From: Octopus sinensis
Lineage: Eukaryota
Assembly (NCBI RefSeq): GCF_006345805.1
Contig: NC_042998.1
Span: forward strand, 147,808,001-147,872,000
Length of the DNA stretch: 64,000 bases
Reading direction: 5' to 3'
Below the pieces are notes generated by a model, which was not told the origin of the DNA, ran no database searches, and worked only from the letters and a program-made list of their open reading frames with translations. Both the position numbers and the translations under genes were made by a program. Position 1 is the stretch's first letter. The number at the start of each line of letters is the position of its first letter. Positions 39,510 through 53,080 of this stretch are shown in pieces.

Positions 39510-41095
39510 GGCCATGGCATTAAAGACATCTCCATCCTATATTGTGTCCATTACATACACTACAGAGAGAAAAGCTAGCTTGCAGCACCAAGGCTTCGAA
39601 GATTTTCTGAAAAAGAGGTCCTACAAAATACATGATAAAAGTACAAGCCATTGACTTATTTTTTGTAACTCACATTGTTCTGAATTTTCAAAAATAATTA
39701 AAATCATATAAATATTTGTGTGTTTATATATTTATCAATATATCAGTCTACTCTAAGGGGTGGTTGGTGTTAGGAAGAGCATCCAACCATAAAAACCATG
39801 CCTAAACAGAAATAGAAGTCTAATCTTCTACCCAACTGGCTCATATTAAACGGTCCAATCCATACCAGCATGGAAGGCGGACGTTAAATGCTGATTATAA
39901 CAATGATATATATATATGAAGGCTTTTCATATATAAGCATCTTCAACATTGTACTGTTTTATCTTCTTTATGAGATTGGTACCAACACTCTCTCTGTATA
40001 AATGTAGTATACTGCATGATTAGGCTAGATGCATTTCTAGTACCACTTGGAAAATATCTTCTTCCTTAAATTCCATACCTTTACTACAGTGAATTCTTTT
40101 GTAGATTTTAATCTTTAATAATCTTCAAACCTCTTTCATTCATTTAAATTATCATCATAGAGAAGTGTCAGCTCATACAAATATCACCATCTGTTTTATA
40201 ACCACCTTACCTTCAACATTCTAAAAATTGTAGTGCACTCAGATCTGACAAAAGTTAGATTTTTACTTTATTTTTTTTATCAAATGGAACTAAAATTTAT
40301 AAGTTTGGTTTTCCTTTTTTTGTCACATTTAATTTCTATGAATACATATCTCTACAGCAGCTTTAATTAAATTTCATTGAATATGGTAGTCTTTTTACGA
40401 GAGTTGTTTACATTTACATATACATTGTAATCATATTGATGTCCACTTTTCCATGCTTGCATGTAATAGACATAGTTTATTGAGGCAGATTTTTATGGCC
40501 AGATGCCTTTCTTGTTGCCAACCCTTATCTGCTTTTAAGGAAATAAAAATATTTCCCCAAGGTTAGACATGGTTTTTGCAGAATATTGGAAACAAATGAC
40601 ATTCAATTAATATATTATATGATGTCAAAACAAGGAGATATAAATATACAGTTTCCATCTACCAAATCCAGTCAGTATGGGCTATAGTAGAAGACACTTG
40701 CCCAGGTGTCATGCAGTGGGACTGAGTCCAGAATCATGTGATTGGGAAGGAAGCTTTTCACCACACAGCCACAGCTGCATCCCTTTTTAAATGTTATTTT
40801 CATAATTTTCCATTGTATTGTAATTATATATATAAAAAAAAACCTGAATACATTTAAATTTGAGCCACTAAACATGTTTAGCTTCTCTCATTTCTTTTTG
40901 TGAAGATGAACATAATTGGTCTAATAAGTGCAGACAATTTGTGTTTAGAAATTCACTTCACAATATGGTGTCTTGGACTAGGGTTCTTCTGTTATATAGC
41001 TTTAGGCTGACCCATTCTTTGGAAGTGAAATTGGTAGATGGAGCTATGCAGAAATTCATTTACTTGCCCTTTTTTGTGTGTGTACCCACACATAT

Positions 41096-41133
<38 letters not shown>

Positions 41134-42424
41134 CGAGGGGCGTTCAATAAGTAATGCCCCTGACCCACTTCCCATAGCAGTAGAGCAACGAAACTTGGCA
41201 CAGTTATTAGTCTTTTTCTACATAGGAACCACCCAGAGTTACGCATTTCTCCCATCGTTTGATGCGGCTCTGGAGACCGTTTTTGTAGAAGAACCCAGCT
41301 TGGTCCTCCAACCTCAACGTGACTTCAGAAATCAAGGCTGTATCATCTGGGAAACGCTTTCCTTTCAAAAACAACTTCATGATTGGGAAGAGGTGAAAAT
41401 CAGAGGGTGCAAGGTCAGGAAAGTAGGGGGGATGGGGAGGAGTTCATAGCCATACGCCTGTGCTTCTGATCTGGCGACAAGCGAGTTGTGGACCGGAGCG
41501 TTGTCCTGCAGGAGGAGGATGCCTTTGCTGATCTTGCCCCGCCTCTTGATTTAGATAACTTCTCTTAATTTCCTCAAAAGTGAAGCATAATAGGCTCCTG
41601 CAATTGTGGTACCCTTTGCCAGGAAATCTGTCATCACTACTCTATTCTGGTCCCAGAAGACTGTGAGCATGACCTTGCCAGCGGAGGGCTGCACCCTTGC
41701 CTTCTTTGGAGGGGGTGAGTCACGGTGCTTCCACTGCATTGACTGGGCTTTGGTCTCTGGATCATCGTGATGGACCCAGGTTTCATCCTGTGTAATCAGT
41801 CTTTTGAAAAATTTTGACTTGTCTTCTTGGCACACCTCCAAATTCACCCTCGAGCACTCGACGTGTTCTTGCTTCTGGAAAGGCGTGAGCAACCTGGGAA
41901 TCCATCTGGCAGACACCTTTTGCATATGCAAATGGTCATGAATGATAGTTTCTACAGACCCGGTACTAATCTTGACCTCATGGGCTATTTGGCGAATAAT
42001 TATGCGTCGATCTTCCAAAATGGCAGCCTCAACTTGACGGACAGATGCCTCATCAGTGGCAGAAGGGGGCGACCAGATCTGGGAGCTGTTTCCACAGAGT
42101 TCCGACCATGTTTGAATTCACGATGCCAGCGTTTTACAAGGTCATATGATGGGGCATCATCACCATAAGTTACTTTCATTTCATCAAAAGTCTCCCCTGG
42201 TGTGCGTCCTTTCAAATACAAAAACCGGATCACTGCTTGACACTCAACAGGCTCCATTTCACACTTGACTCGGTTCAAACACATGTAAATCAGAAACCAC
42301 AATTAATTCAGAGCTGTAATTTGCCACTTACTCTATAGAGATATAAATGATTGCACATGCAAAATTTCAGCTAGATCAAACAACTGGAAGTGGGTCAGAG
42401 GCATTACTTATTGAACGTCCCTCG
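41134..42424 (-). mobile_element. Full-length mariner transposon, 1291 bp, probably irritans subfamily
   Basis: TA-flanked ~39 bp TIRs cgaggggcgttcaataagtaatgcccctgacccacttcc / ggaagtgggtcagaggcattacttattgaacgtccctcg. Confidence 0.95.
41207..42257 (-). pseudogene. Mariner DD34D transposase, disrupted
   Basis: MEPVEC..., PRSGRP, WIPRLL, ITQDETWVH, QDNAPVH, PDLAPSDF; frameshift near 42060, stop at 41551, second frameshift near 41430. Confidence 0.92.
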
Positions 42425-44569
42425 TACATACACACACATGCATATTTAAAATTATTTAACATTCCTTTTTCCACACTGGCATGGCTGTATAGTTAAAAAG
42501 TCTGCTTTGGAACAATATGGCTTATGATTCATTTCCATTGCCTGACACTTTTTGTTGGTGTCTTATGCTGTTGACCAGTGCCTTTTGAGTGAAATCTAGA
42601 AGACAAACTTAAGAAGCCCATCACATGTATATGTGTGAGTCTATTTATTGTCTTGATATTAGCATGCTGATTGTGAATAAAGTCTCTGTCATACAAAGTT
42701 GGTGTCACTTGTTTCTAATTTTCTGTGAAAACTTGTCTAGCCATTAAGCTGTTCACTACTCAGAAGACAAGGGGAAATAGTATTTTACTTGGAAACAAAT
42801 GAGGGTTGGCAACTGAGAGAACATCTGCGCATAGAAAAAGCTGTCTTCCTGGAGTTTCATTTGAAGAAAGCAAGCATAGGAAAATGGACATTAAAATGAT
42901 GATGATACTGTGTGTGTGTGCGTGCGCTCACGCGCTCATATTTGTATTTGTTTCTCATTGCTTGGCAACCAGTGCTGTTTTGTTTACTACCTTGTAATTT
43001 AGCAATTTGGTAAAAAGTGGTCATTAGAATAAGCCACTGACTTGAATTAAGTAAAGGAATAACAGAATATTGAAAAGCAGGATTGCTGTTGGGTGCTGTA
43101 AAAAAGAAACAATTGCTTGTTGATTAGATCTTGCAACTGAAGTGAGTGCAACAGTTTCAGCAAATCATATCAGTCATTGTACAATATATGATTAATTAAA
43201 AGTTTTAGCTAAAAACATGTGCTATTATGTTTTATTGCCGCCTTTCTTATACTTGCGATACTGGACTACATGGTGAATATGCTTTCTAACAGTCATTATC
43301 CTTAGTTATGCCATTTCTCTGGTATTCACTTTGGTTTACACATTTACCAGGTCATATCATTGTTTCCCATCATATTTTCTTATAACTTATCTATAGGGCA
43401 GGGAATTGGCTGAATTGTTATTGTGTTGGACAAAATGTTTAGCGATATTTCTTTTGTCTCTATATGTTTGAGTTCAAATGCTGCTCTGGTCAACTTTGCC
43501 TTTCATCCTTCTGGGGTTGAACACTAAGGTTATATAATCATCCAGCCTTCCCTCTAAAATTGCTGGTTCTATATCAAAATTTATAATCTCATTACCTCTC
43601 TAAGTTTCACTTGATGGTTTTAAATGTTTTTGTTTCTCTTGGTGTCATCACCATGGGGCATATAATTGATATATAACCAGGTTTCTTTTTCTTAAGACAA
43701 GCAGTTTCTGACTTATAAGAAGAGAACATTCTATAAACTATTTTCACTTAAATTACAAAACAAAACTAAGACCATTTTAATTTCAAGAACATTTTATTTT
43801 GGAATTTAAGTTGTTAAAGCTTCATCAATAAAATTAAATGCAAAGACAATACTTATGATCACAGCAAACTGTACGGTACTCATCTCATCTCTTCATACCC
43901 ACTTTTATACTAGTATCTTTTGTTTAAGGTTTCATTTAACATTTCAAATCACAAATATTTCAGTTGATGAAATTAAATCAATGAATCTTTGATACATTGT
44001 ATGAAATGTGAAGCTAACATATGTCATACATTTAAATATAGATGAATTAATGTGAATGTGTGTTGTATTGGGTAACAATTTGTTTTTAGTTTATTTATTA
44101 ATTTTCTCTAGTTAAATCTCAACAGTTTACTAAAAATAAAATGTGTTTAAATAATTTTTATTTGTTCTTTAAAATATGTTTTTTTCTTAAAAATTATACT
44201 TTGAACATACACTTTCATATCATCATTTAACTTTGACTTTTCTTTGCTTGCATAAGTCAGACAGTTTGTTGAGGCCGATTTTCTGCAGTTGGATGCCCTT
44301 CATGTTGCCAACTCTCATCTGTTTCCAAGCAAGGTAATATTTTCCACAAAAGAAAGGAAACAACATAACCTATGTGACAAATGATGCTCATTTACAAACA
44401 TCATGTGATGTATATATATACAGAGAGAGTTACAGCCCAATTAATTAGGAACAAAATCAGACTAGATGAAATGCAGTTTGGTTTTGTACTACTGACATTA
44501 TCTTTATAGTCAGACAACAGAATAAACCAGTGTACATGGTATTTTGACAGAGTACCCTTCGGTGTGATA

Positions 44570-45690
44570 AGGTGGGCTCTAAGGAAGCTAGGGGTAAATG
44601 AATGAGTGACTTGTGAAAGGTGTAGAGGCCATAAACAAAGGTTCTGTCTGTAAGGTGAAAGTTAACCATTTAGCATATATGTAGGCATTCATCAAAGTTT
44701 GGTTCTCAGCCCTCTCCTATTCATTATTGTCCTCCAGGCCATAATGAAAGAATTCAAGATTGGTTGCTTCTGCGAATTGCTCTGTGCTGATGATCTTGCT
44801 CTCACAGTAGATTCTGTAACAGAACTGGTGAAGAAATTCCAGGTGTTAAAGCAAAACCTGAAATTAAAGGTCCTCACTGTTAACTTAGCAAAAACCTAGG
44901 TTCTAGTGAGAAAGAAAAGACAGGATCCTATCCACTTCAAGTAAATGGCTTTGTTCAATATGTAGGAATTCCATATGGTGCAAGCTATGCGTACAAGAGG
45001 TGCAGTGTAATAATAGAAAAGTTAAGAGAAAGTAGTGTTTGTATGGAGAAGACGCACAAGAACCACAGGAAATTGATTTTCTTAAATGCCCTGGAGCCTT
45101 CCTAGAGGTAGTGAATAATTTCTACTACTTAGGAGACCTAATTAACTGTGGAAGAAGATGTACAGAAAGTGTAAATGATAGAATAAAAATGGGTTGGAGA
45201 AAATTCAGTGAGCTTTTACCTCTGTTGGCAATCAAAGATCTATCTGTGAGCGAAAGGAAGATTGTATGATACAGGTGTACGAACAGCAATGCTACATGGT
45301 AGTGAGACATGGGCCCTGAATGCAGAGGATGTGTGAAGACTAGAGAGAAATGGAGTTAGTATGCTCCACTGGATGTGCAATGTCAGTGTATTTGTGTGAC
45401 AAAGCACTAGTGTATTATGAGAAAAATTAGGCATAAGAGGAATTAGATATAGTGTGCAAAGAAGACTATGCTGGTTTGGTCATAGATGTATATGGATGTG
45501 AACAGTTGCATAAAAAAAGTGCTCATCACTTAAGGTGGAAGGAACTTGTGGAAGAAGGCGACTCAGGAAGACATGGGACAAAGATTGAAGGCTGATCTCA
45601 AGGCACCAAGCCTTACAAAGGAAATAATGAAGGACTGAGATAGCTCACCCCTTGCTGTACTCAAGAAAACCTGTCCATTGAAGCAGAATT
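44570..45690 (+). mobile_element. Degraded RTE LINE fragment
   Basis: VLSPLLFIIVLQAI..EFK.GC..ELLCADDLAL, NLAKT, FYYLGD, LHGSETW; same family as 56685. Confidence 0.85.
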
Positions 45691-47605
45691 GATATCCTAA
45701 AATCATCTTGGTAATGCTTGTCTGTGAGGGGCTCTTCCCTATACCTACCTACTTCCTCTCTGCCCTGTCAATCATTTCCCCTACTCATTTCATCCCCTAA
45801 CACTTATCAATTCTCTATCATCTGAGAGCAGAATAGGCACATACTACTCCCCGCTGCTTTCTAAGTTACCTTCCTTTCCCACCCTGAGCCACTTCCATTT
45901 CCCATTATCTTCCCTTTACCTACTGTTTCCACCTATCACTACTTTTCTGTGCCTTCTCTCCCTTGTGTGGTTAACACCTCAATTATATGCTGTCACATAT
46001 CTACTGCAACTCCTGTCCACATGCCTGTCCTATATTTAACTCCCTCATTTGCCTTCTCACCAAGTTCAAACCTCCAGTGTCTCTTGAGGGCATGTCCTGA
46101 CACATCTTTACCACCATCTCTTTCATTATTACTCTTTTTATTTTACTCTCTGACTCACCTTCTCTCTTTATAATATTCTCTAAGTCCCCTTTCTTTCTTT
46201 TCCAACCGGGGTATCCATGTCTACTCTACAACAAGACACCTATCCCTCTCCCTCTATACTTTTCATCTATCATCAATTGTCACAAAGCCCCCCCCCCAAT
46301 ACTATTCTCTCCACCCAGCTGAGGGGTTTTGTCTTGCAAGGTACTTGGTAACCTGATGGTGCTGGTTCCACTTGAAGAGCACTCAGTAATAGCCTGTATA
46401 ATGGTTGGCAATAGGAAGGGCATCCAACCTTAGAAACCATGTCAAAGCTGACAGAGTTTGGTGTGGCTCTTGGCCCTACTAGCTCCTGTCAAACCATCCC
46501 ATGCCACCATGGAAAACATGTTAATTGATGATACTGATGAGATATTAATAAATCTAGGCAGATACACACGCATACACCTCTTTCAGCTACTGTCTATCAA
46601 ATTTGCTTACAAGACCTTGGTCATCATAGGGCTAGGTGCTTCACAGTGGAACTAAACCTATTGGGAAGCAGGTTTGTTAACTATACAGCTACAACTATGC
46701 CTGTAGTTAACTGCATAAATGTGCATTTATTACTTTCCAGTTTCACACAATCTTTTGTTAAATTTTTTATGCAAAATACTATTTTCTTGCCAACCATTTT
46801 AGTAGTTGAAACATCTTGTTAGCAAATTTTCACTGTTTTATTATTTCTCCTATTGTGTGTTTACTCTTAGAAGCAAAATAATTAGAATAATTAGCAATTT
46901 TAAATATTTCAGTGGCAAAATATTAATTTATGATTATAGATGTTGCTAATTGATAATTTTAATCAAGCATAACACATTATTGGAGTTAGCAACTTGAGTT
47001 AGTAAATGGATAACTGTGACAAGACAAATTTGTCAGGAGACAGCCAATTAAAATGTCATTTATATAATTTTGTTAGTTTTCTAATCTTATCTCTTCAGCT
47101 TTTTTTGCTTTACCTATCTTGTTTGTTAAGCAATTATATGCCTTAGCAATGGGCACAAGCATGATTGATGGTTACGAAGTTCACTTCACAATTATCTGGT
47201 CTTGGCTTTGGTCCAATTGCATGATTTTTTGTGTCGGTTATCTTTTATCATAGCTTTGGGTTGATACAAGCTTTATGGGTGAAACTGAGTTTACAGAAGC
47301 TGCATAGAAGCCTTTAAGATGATCTGTAACATCTCACTGAAAGAACCAGCTTTGTCATAGTGCTACATTGGTTCTGTATGGAGACTACGTTACAGTACTC
47401 AGCTACTTGCAGTGCCAGAAACAGGTAGTCCAGTTGATCATGCTATTAAATTACTTATCATTGAAACCAACATCGTTATTATCATTTTAACATCTACTTT
47501 TGCATGCTTGCATGCCTTGAACAGTTTATTGAAGCAGATTTTCTATGGCTGGATGCCCTTTCCTGTCATTAACCCATACCTGTTCCCAACTAAGGCAATA
47601 TTTTG

Positions 47606-49475
47606 CCCATGACCAGACATGTTTGCACAAATTATTAGAAAGGAACAAAATTGCTTGTATGACAATGGCACTCAATTACAACTATCACACTATGTCAAGA
47701 CAAAGAGACACAAACATATACACACTCACTAACTCTTAAACACATACATACATCAATTTAATGTCATCCTTCCATGCTGGTATAGGTTGGACAATTTTCA
47801 ATTTCTGTCTACCAAGTCCATTCACAAAGTTTTGGTCAGCTCATGGCTGTAGTAAAAGACACTTGCCCTAGGTACTATAGAGAGACTGAACCTGAAGCTA
47901 TGTGGCAAACTTTTTAACCACACAGCTATGCCTGCGCTTTTGGATAAAAAGAAACAAAAAGAATTTTGCAACAATGACTGAAAATAAGAATTTTGAAGGA
48001 AGATTTAATGCTGTACTATGTAGAAGCCTTTTTGTTAAGTAATGTATTTTAAATAATAAATATCAGCAACTGTATAACTTTCATAAGACTAATGCATTTG
48101 CTGCAATCAACAACTTTAGATTTTATTTAATTTTTTCCCCCACTTCTTATAATTTTTAAAACAGTAATACTTTAAGGAAAGAGCTCTATCATAGATATTA
48201 GATACTACACTACTAATAGTTGCCAAGTAGTGTTGATAAGTGTATGCATTAAAGGTATTGTAAATAAAGTGTAAAATATAAATGCCTCTTAAAGGTAGAG
48301 TAGCTTAATGGCTATAGTTTAACATGAAACAGATGTTACCTACAATAGACAGGATGCTGATCTATTGTAGGTAATATTCTTATATGATCTGGTACCAATT
48401 GCTAACAGCTAGATGAGCTAGGGCCATACACCTTCAGTAAGATATAAACTCAAGAGCTATGAACACTTCAACATCTTAACTGTGTTACCTCTACTGCTGC
48501 AATAGTAATGCATCATATAGCAGTGACCTATTTATCATCCCTTGGGAGTCAACCCTTCTGCTATGAAGGGCCCTGCTGAGAAATATTTGAATCCATCTCT
48601 CCTTGATGCATAGAAACATTGTAAATTTTATGAACTTTCTTAACTAATTAGTATTATGTACAGAGTTGTGGAGCTGGAACCAGTAAAAATGTTCTGACGC
48701 CAATTAAATGTAAAATGTTACAATTTCCAATTTCCTAGATACTAATTTGAAAATCAAATCAGAGAAGTAAGAGCTTCTATGATGGAAAGTCTACAAGAAG
48801 TAATTTTGTTTCTCAGAACAAGATGTTAATAAATTTTGGATTTAACTGCGAAACAATAGATACGATTTTTTTTCTTTTTTAATCTTGTAGGCATAAGCTT
48901 TTAAAACTTTTCCTCTATTCGTAATCTTTCATATTTTTCTTTCATCTTATATTTGAGCAATGCTTTAATCAAGAGAAGGCTTCTACATAGTACAGCATTA
49001 AATCTTCCTTCAAAATTCTTATTTTCAGTCATTGTTGCAAAATTCTTTTTGTTTCTTTTTATCCAAAAGCGCAGGCATAGCTGTGTGGTTAAAAAGTTTG
49101 CCACATAGCTTCAGGTTCAGTCTCTCTATAGTACCTAGGGCAAGTGTCTTTTACTACAGCCATGAGCTGACCAAAACTTTGTGAATGGACTTGGTAGACA
49201 GAAATTGAAAGAAGACGTTTGTATACGCATGTGTACATATATATAAGAACTTGGTGCAGTCTCCTGACTTACCTGCTCCTGTCAAATTGTCCAACCTATA
49301 CCAGCATGGAAGGATGACATTAAATTGATGTATGTATGTGTTTAAGAGTTAGTGAGTGTGTATATGTTTGTGTCTCTTTGTCTTGACATAGTGTGATAGT
49401 TGTAATTGAGTGCCATTGTCATACAAGCAATTTTGTTCCTTTCTAATAATTTGTGCAAACATGTCTGGTCATGGG
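47606..49475. repeat. Near-perfect inverted duplication: arms 47606-48030 and 48976-49475, ~945 bp spacer
   Basis: Arms are reverse-complement identical by eye except ~72 bp present only in the right arm (49211-49283). Confidence 0.93.
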
Positions 49476-49479
49476 TTAT

Positions 49480-49925
49480 AAACATTATTTACAAATGACA
49501 GATAGGTGTCCTCACTTTGTTTGTTGTTACCACAATGTTTTGGCTGATGTACTCTCCAGCCTTCCTCGAGTGTTCTGATGGAATTTTGAACCCAGCCCTT
49601 TATTTGTTTTATGGGATACACTGTTCTCATTCTTAAGGTATATTGCTGATATTATTTTTCAAGTTCCTGCCTAGGATTTAACTTTGAATCCGAGGGTGAG
49701 TAGCCTGTGCTCTTATCCACTACACTATATGCCTGTGTGGATAAGAGCGTGGGCTCAGCAACATACCTTAGGAATGAGAACAGTGTACCCCATTAGTCAA
49801 ATAAGGGGTTGAGTTTGAAATTCCACCAGAACACCTGATGAAGGCTGGAAAGTACATCAGCTGAAATGTTGTGATAACAACAAACAAGGCAAGGACAACC
49901 TATCCATCCATTCTAAATAATGTAC
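49480..49925. mobile_element. Fold-back element: tRNA-like head plus hammerhead-bearing body, in head-to-head inverted copies
   Basis: Arms 49482-49649 and 49755-49923 are diverged reverse complements; centre on minus strand reads ggcatatagtgtagtggataagagcacaggctactcaccctcggattcaaagttaaatcctaggcagg. Confidence 0.7.
49831..49874 (+). ncRNA. Minimal type I hammerhead ribozyme-like motif, CpG-decayed
   Basis: cac-CTGATGA-A-ggctg(gaaagtacat)cagct-GAAA-TGTT-gtg; the antisense copy at 49531-49572 gives cagcc-AAAA-CATT, so the two imply ancestral cagccGAAACGTT. Confidence 0.65.
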
Positions 49926-50886
49926 ATAATTCCTCATCTCAAAAATATAGAATAGTTAGGGTTATATATTTGATTTTTGAAAAATGTTTAAATGGTCGTC
50001 TTTTAAGTTGCTTCAGGTGTTTAGTCTTCTGGTTTTAACTTTGTATTTTAGATTTTTGAAGTGGTAAACAGATGTTCCTGATTTTTTGTATTTTTACAGT
50101 TTTTTATTTTTATGTCTTTTTACTTGGTAGCTTTTGATAAACACAGCCTCTTTCTTAATTCCATAAAGTTTTGTCTTATCCTGTAATTGTTTCTAAGTTC
50201 TTTAGCATTTAATATATTGTTGAAAGTTTTCTAAATCAGTCTTTCTAAAAGTTTTTTTAATCAGTCTTGTGCTGATTGCAGAAATACCTAAAGGCAGTGT
50301 TTGTTTATAGTCTCTTTACTTGTGGTGAGATTATTGCGAATTGGCAGTTTGCAGAAAAGGATTAGTGTTTTTTTTTTTTTATGTAAATATCTGTTTGTAT
50401 TAATAATGTTGTGCATGTGAGGTTGCTAATTAATTACTAAATGATAAATCAAAACTGATATACTCAAAATACTAATGAAAAGGATGTTAATTTAAATGTA
50501 ATTAGGGATAGATATATGGATATATAAAAATCACAAATGAAAGGTTTTTCCTTGACCTTTTTACATTTTTTTCATTATGAAATTTACAGGGAAACTGAGT
50601 TTCACCCTCCCAAGCATGCACACCAGTTTTTGTGTTGGGGGGAAAATGTGTTTAGTAACACAGAGATCAGTTTTAATAATAGTAGTTACAGAATGTAAAG
50701 AAATGATAGATAAAGGGATTAAAGTTTTCTCCTTTAGATTAAAGGGTTCATAACTTCTTTTAAAACAAATGTAAGCAAAGGTGGTTTGATTTTTGGTTTC
50801 ATGCAATATAGAACTGACTGACTGGTATGGTGCTTTGCAGGTTCATGTTGTACATGATATTAAATTTTAATCAATAATGACAGAAA

Positions 50887-51232
50887 TATTAAGCAATGCA
50901 AGTGAGAAGTTAGGCAAAATATGTGTGGTGATGCCTATAAATAAAGACAAAACAACATACTGTGTTACCTTATATATGTTTTTGTTGTTTAATGTTTCTA
51001 TTCTATTTTAAGAAAGATTCTCCTTATCAACACACTAGAACAGGCTTCTTATAACAACACTTTCTCTCTGAATTCTTGGATTATTTTCCTAGCTTATAAT
51101 TGATAAGGGGTATCTTTCCCGAAATATAGTAAATGTTTTAATCTGTGTAAGATAATACAATATCTTGTCTTTGTCTTTATTTATTGGTATCATCCCACAT
51201 ATCTTGCCTAAGTTCTTATCTTTATTGCTTAA
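50887..51232. mobile_element. Old MITE/fold-back element with ~80 bp imperfect inverted ends
   Basis: attaagcaat...gttaggcaaaatatgtgtggtgatgcctataaataaagacaaa versus tttgtctttatttattggtatcatcccacatatcttgcctaag...attgcttaat. Confidence 0.7.
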
Positions 51233-52149
51233 TTTATATCATTTACATATTACAATGCTTCAAGCAAATTACGATACACTTTTAATTATATAAGAAAAGC
51301 CACAACAGTGGAGCTGAAACTTTCAAATTCAAACTGTAATAGGTTAGGATATTAAGAAGCAGCTGGATGATTCACATTTGCCATATATGTTATGTGTTTT
51401 CAATTAGTTTTCAATTAAATTAATTACAAACAGAGGAGTTGGTGGTACCATAAATTGAAGAGTCAGAATCTAAGACTTTGTGTACTGACTCCTCAGTCTT
51501 TTTCTGACACAGAATTTAGTACATAACAGCTACAATGTAAAGCTCTAAAATTGTCAAACAAATTTTGATAATGGAATGAATTAAGTAATAGTTTTAATAA
51601 TACAGGCAGTGCAAGATGTGATTAATAATAGTTCGAAATTTTTTCTTGAAACTACAGAAGCAAAAGCTACTACAAAACATCAGTGTAAGTGTAGGAGCAA
51701 AAAAGTAAGTGCAGAAATTGTCAGTAGTTGCTAGCCAATGTTGATAAGCACTTAAGTTTCACTTATAAAATTAATATTTTGTGCTAATAACAAACTTCAT
51801 TGATTAATGTAATATAGTTACAGCTTGTTTCCCAAAAATAGGGATGAATTTTTACACGTTTGTGTATGTTTCAAAGTTTAACTATATTTTATCAGTGACT
51901 GTAATAACTTTTTTTTTTTACCATTGATAGGTTTAATGCCATGTATTTAATCAGTCACAAGTAAATTTCCAAGAAGATCTGTCCTGATACCTAAGTGAAG
52001 CAAGTTCTGCTCACATACACAACACTTAATTTTCAATACTCATGAAACCTAAACCTTATTCATTGGGCTGTTGTTATACCTCATTTGAGGAGTTTGATTA
52101 AAAAGTCAAGATGCAATCTAACTATTACATTTCTAATGGCTTAGTTTGG

Positions 52150-53080
52150 AGCTAAGGATTATGCTCATGATTTTGCACCATGACTGGTAAGACTGATGTG
52201 GTTAATGCTTCAAGAAAAACATGGCTATGGAGGTATTCCGGAGGGCTGACGTTCTGGAGAAGGACTGGGTAAAATAGTGTGGAAACTGGGGTGGAGTGGG
52301 AATTATCACAATACAGGTGTGAGAGGAGGAAAGGTGAGTGAGTCAGAAGTAACATGTGATTAGCTACCTGTGAGTCAGTGGTTGGATTGTGTTATCAGTC
52401 AGGTGGTCTTTGTTTGGGTGTGGTCAAGGATGTGTGTATGTGTGACAGCAGCACCAACTTAGACATGAGGCATGACTTTTATATGATAGATCTTACTTGT
52501 TGGAAGTTGAAATATATTTTTTAGTGTAAAGAGGAAGGTCAGATTTTGCTGTGTTCAAGATTTATGACTACCAAGAGAGATACTTAATAATGTTGAGGTT
52601 TAATTTTTGTAGTGACCTTGAGTGTTCTAGTTGCTTATTCATGTCTAGAGGGAGTGGAGATACAATGTAGTTTTCTTGACCTGTTTATAGGACTGTCTAG
52701 ATGCTTATTGTGTTTTTTTCAATACTGAGAAAGACTGTTGTCATCAGTCTGTTATAGAACACTATCAGGGTCTTTGTTCATGGAATCACTGCAGGTTTGG
52801 AATGAGTTATCTAGACTGGATGTGGATGATACTTCAGTGTGGAAGATTAAAGAGGCATGAAGAGTGATGAACATTGTTGGAGGTGACAGCAAGAAAGTTG
52901 TTAATATATAGGAAGAGAAGTGTGGAGGACAAAACCAAACTATGGGGGTGGGGTGCACCATAATTGACAGCATAATTCACAGAAAGCTCTTTACATAGAC
53001 CATGATGATGCAGTCTGACAGCAATCTTTAAATCCCAGCAACAAAAGACAGATAGAGCCCATGGGCAGTTTAGTCAAGGG
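52150..53080 (-). mobile_element. Possible highly degraded Penelope-like remnant
   Basis: IVWFCPPHFS resembles the PLE IWFNPP(F/Y)S motif; LSY...MPH near 52470 resembles SYSCMPN; otherwise heavily decayed. Confidence 0.35.
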
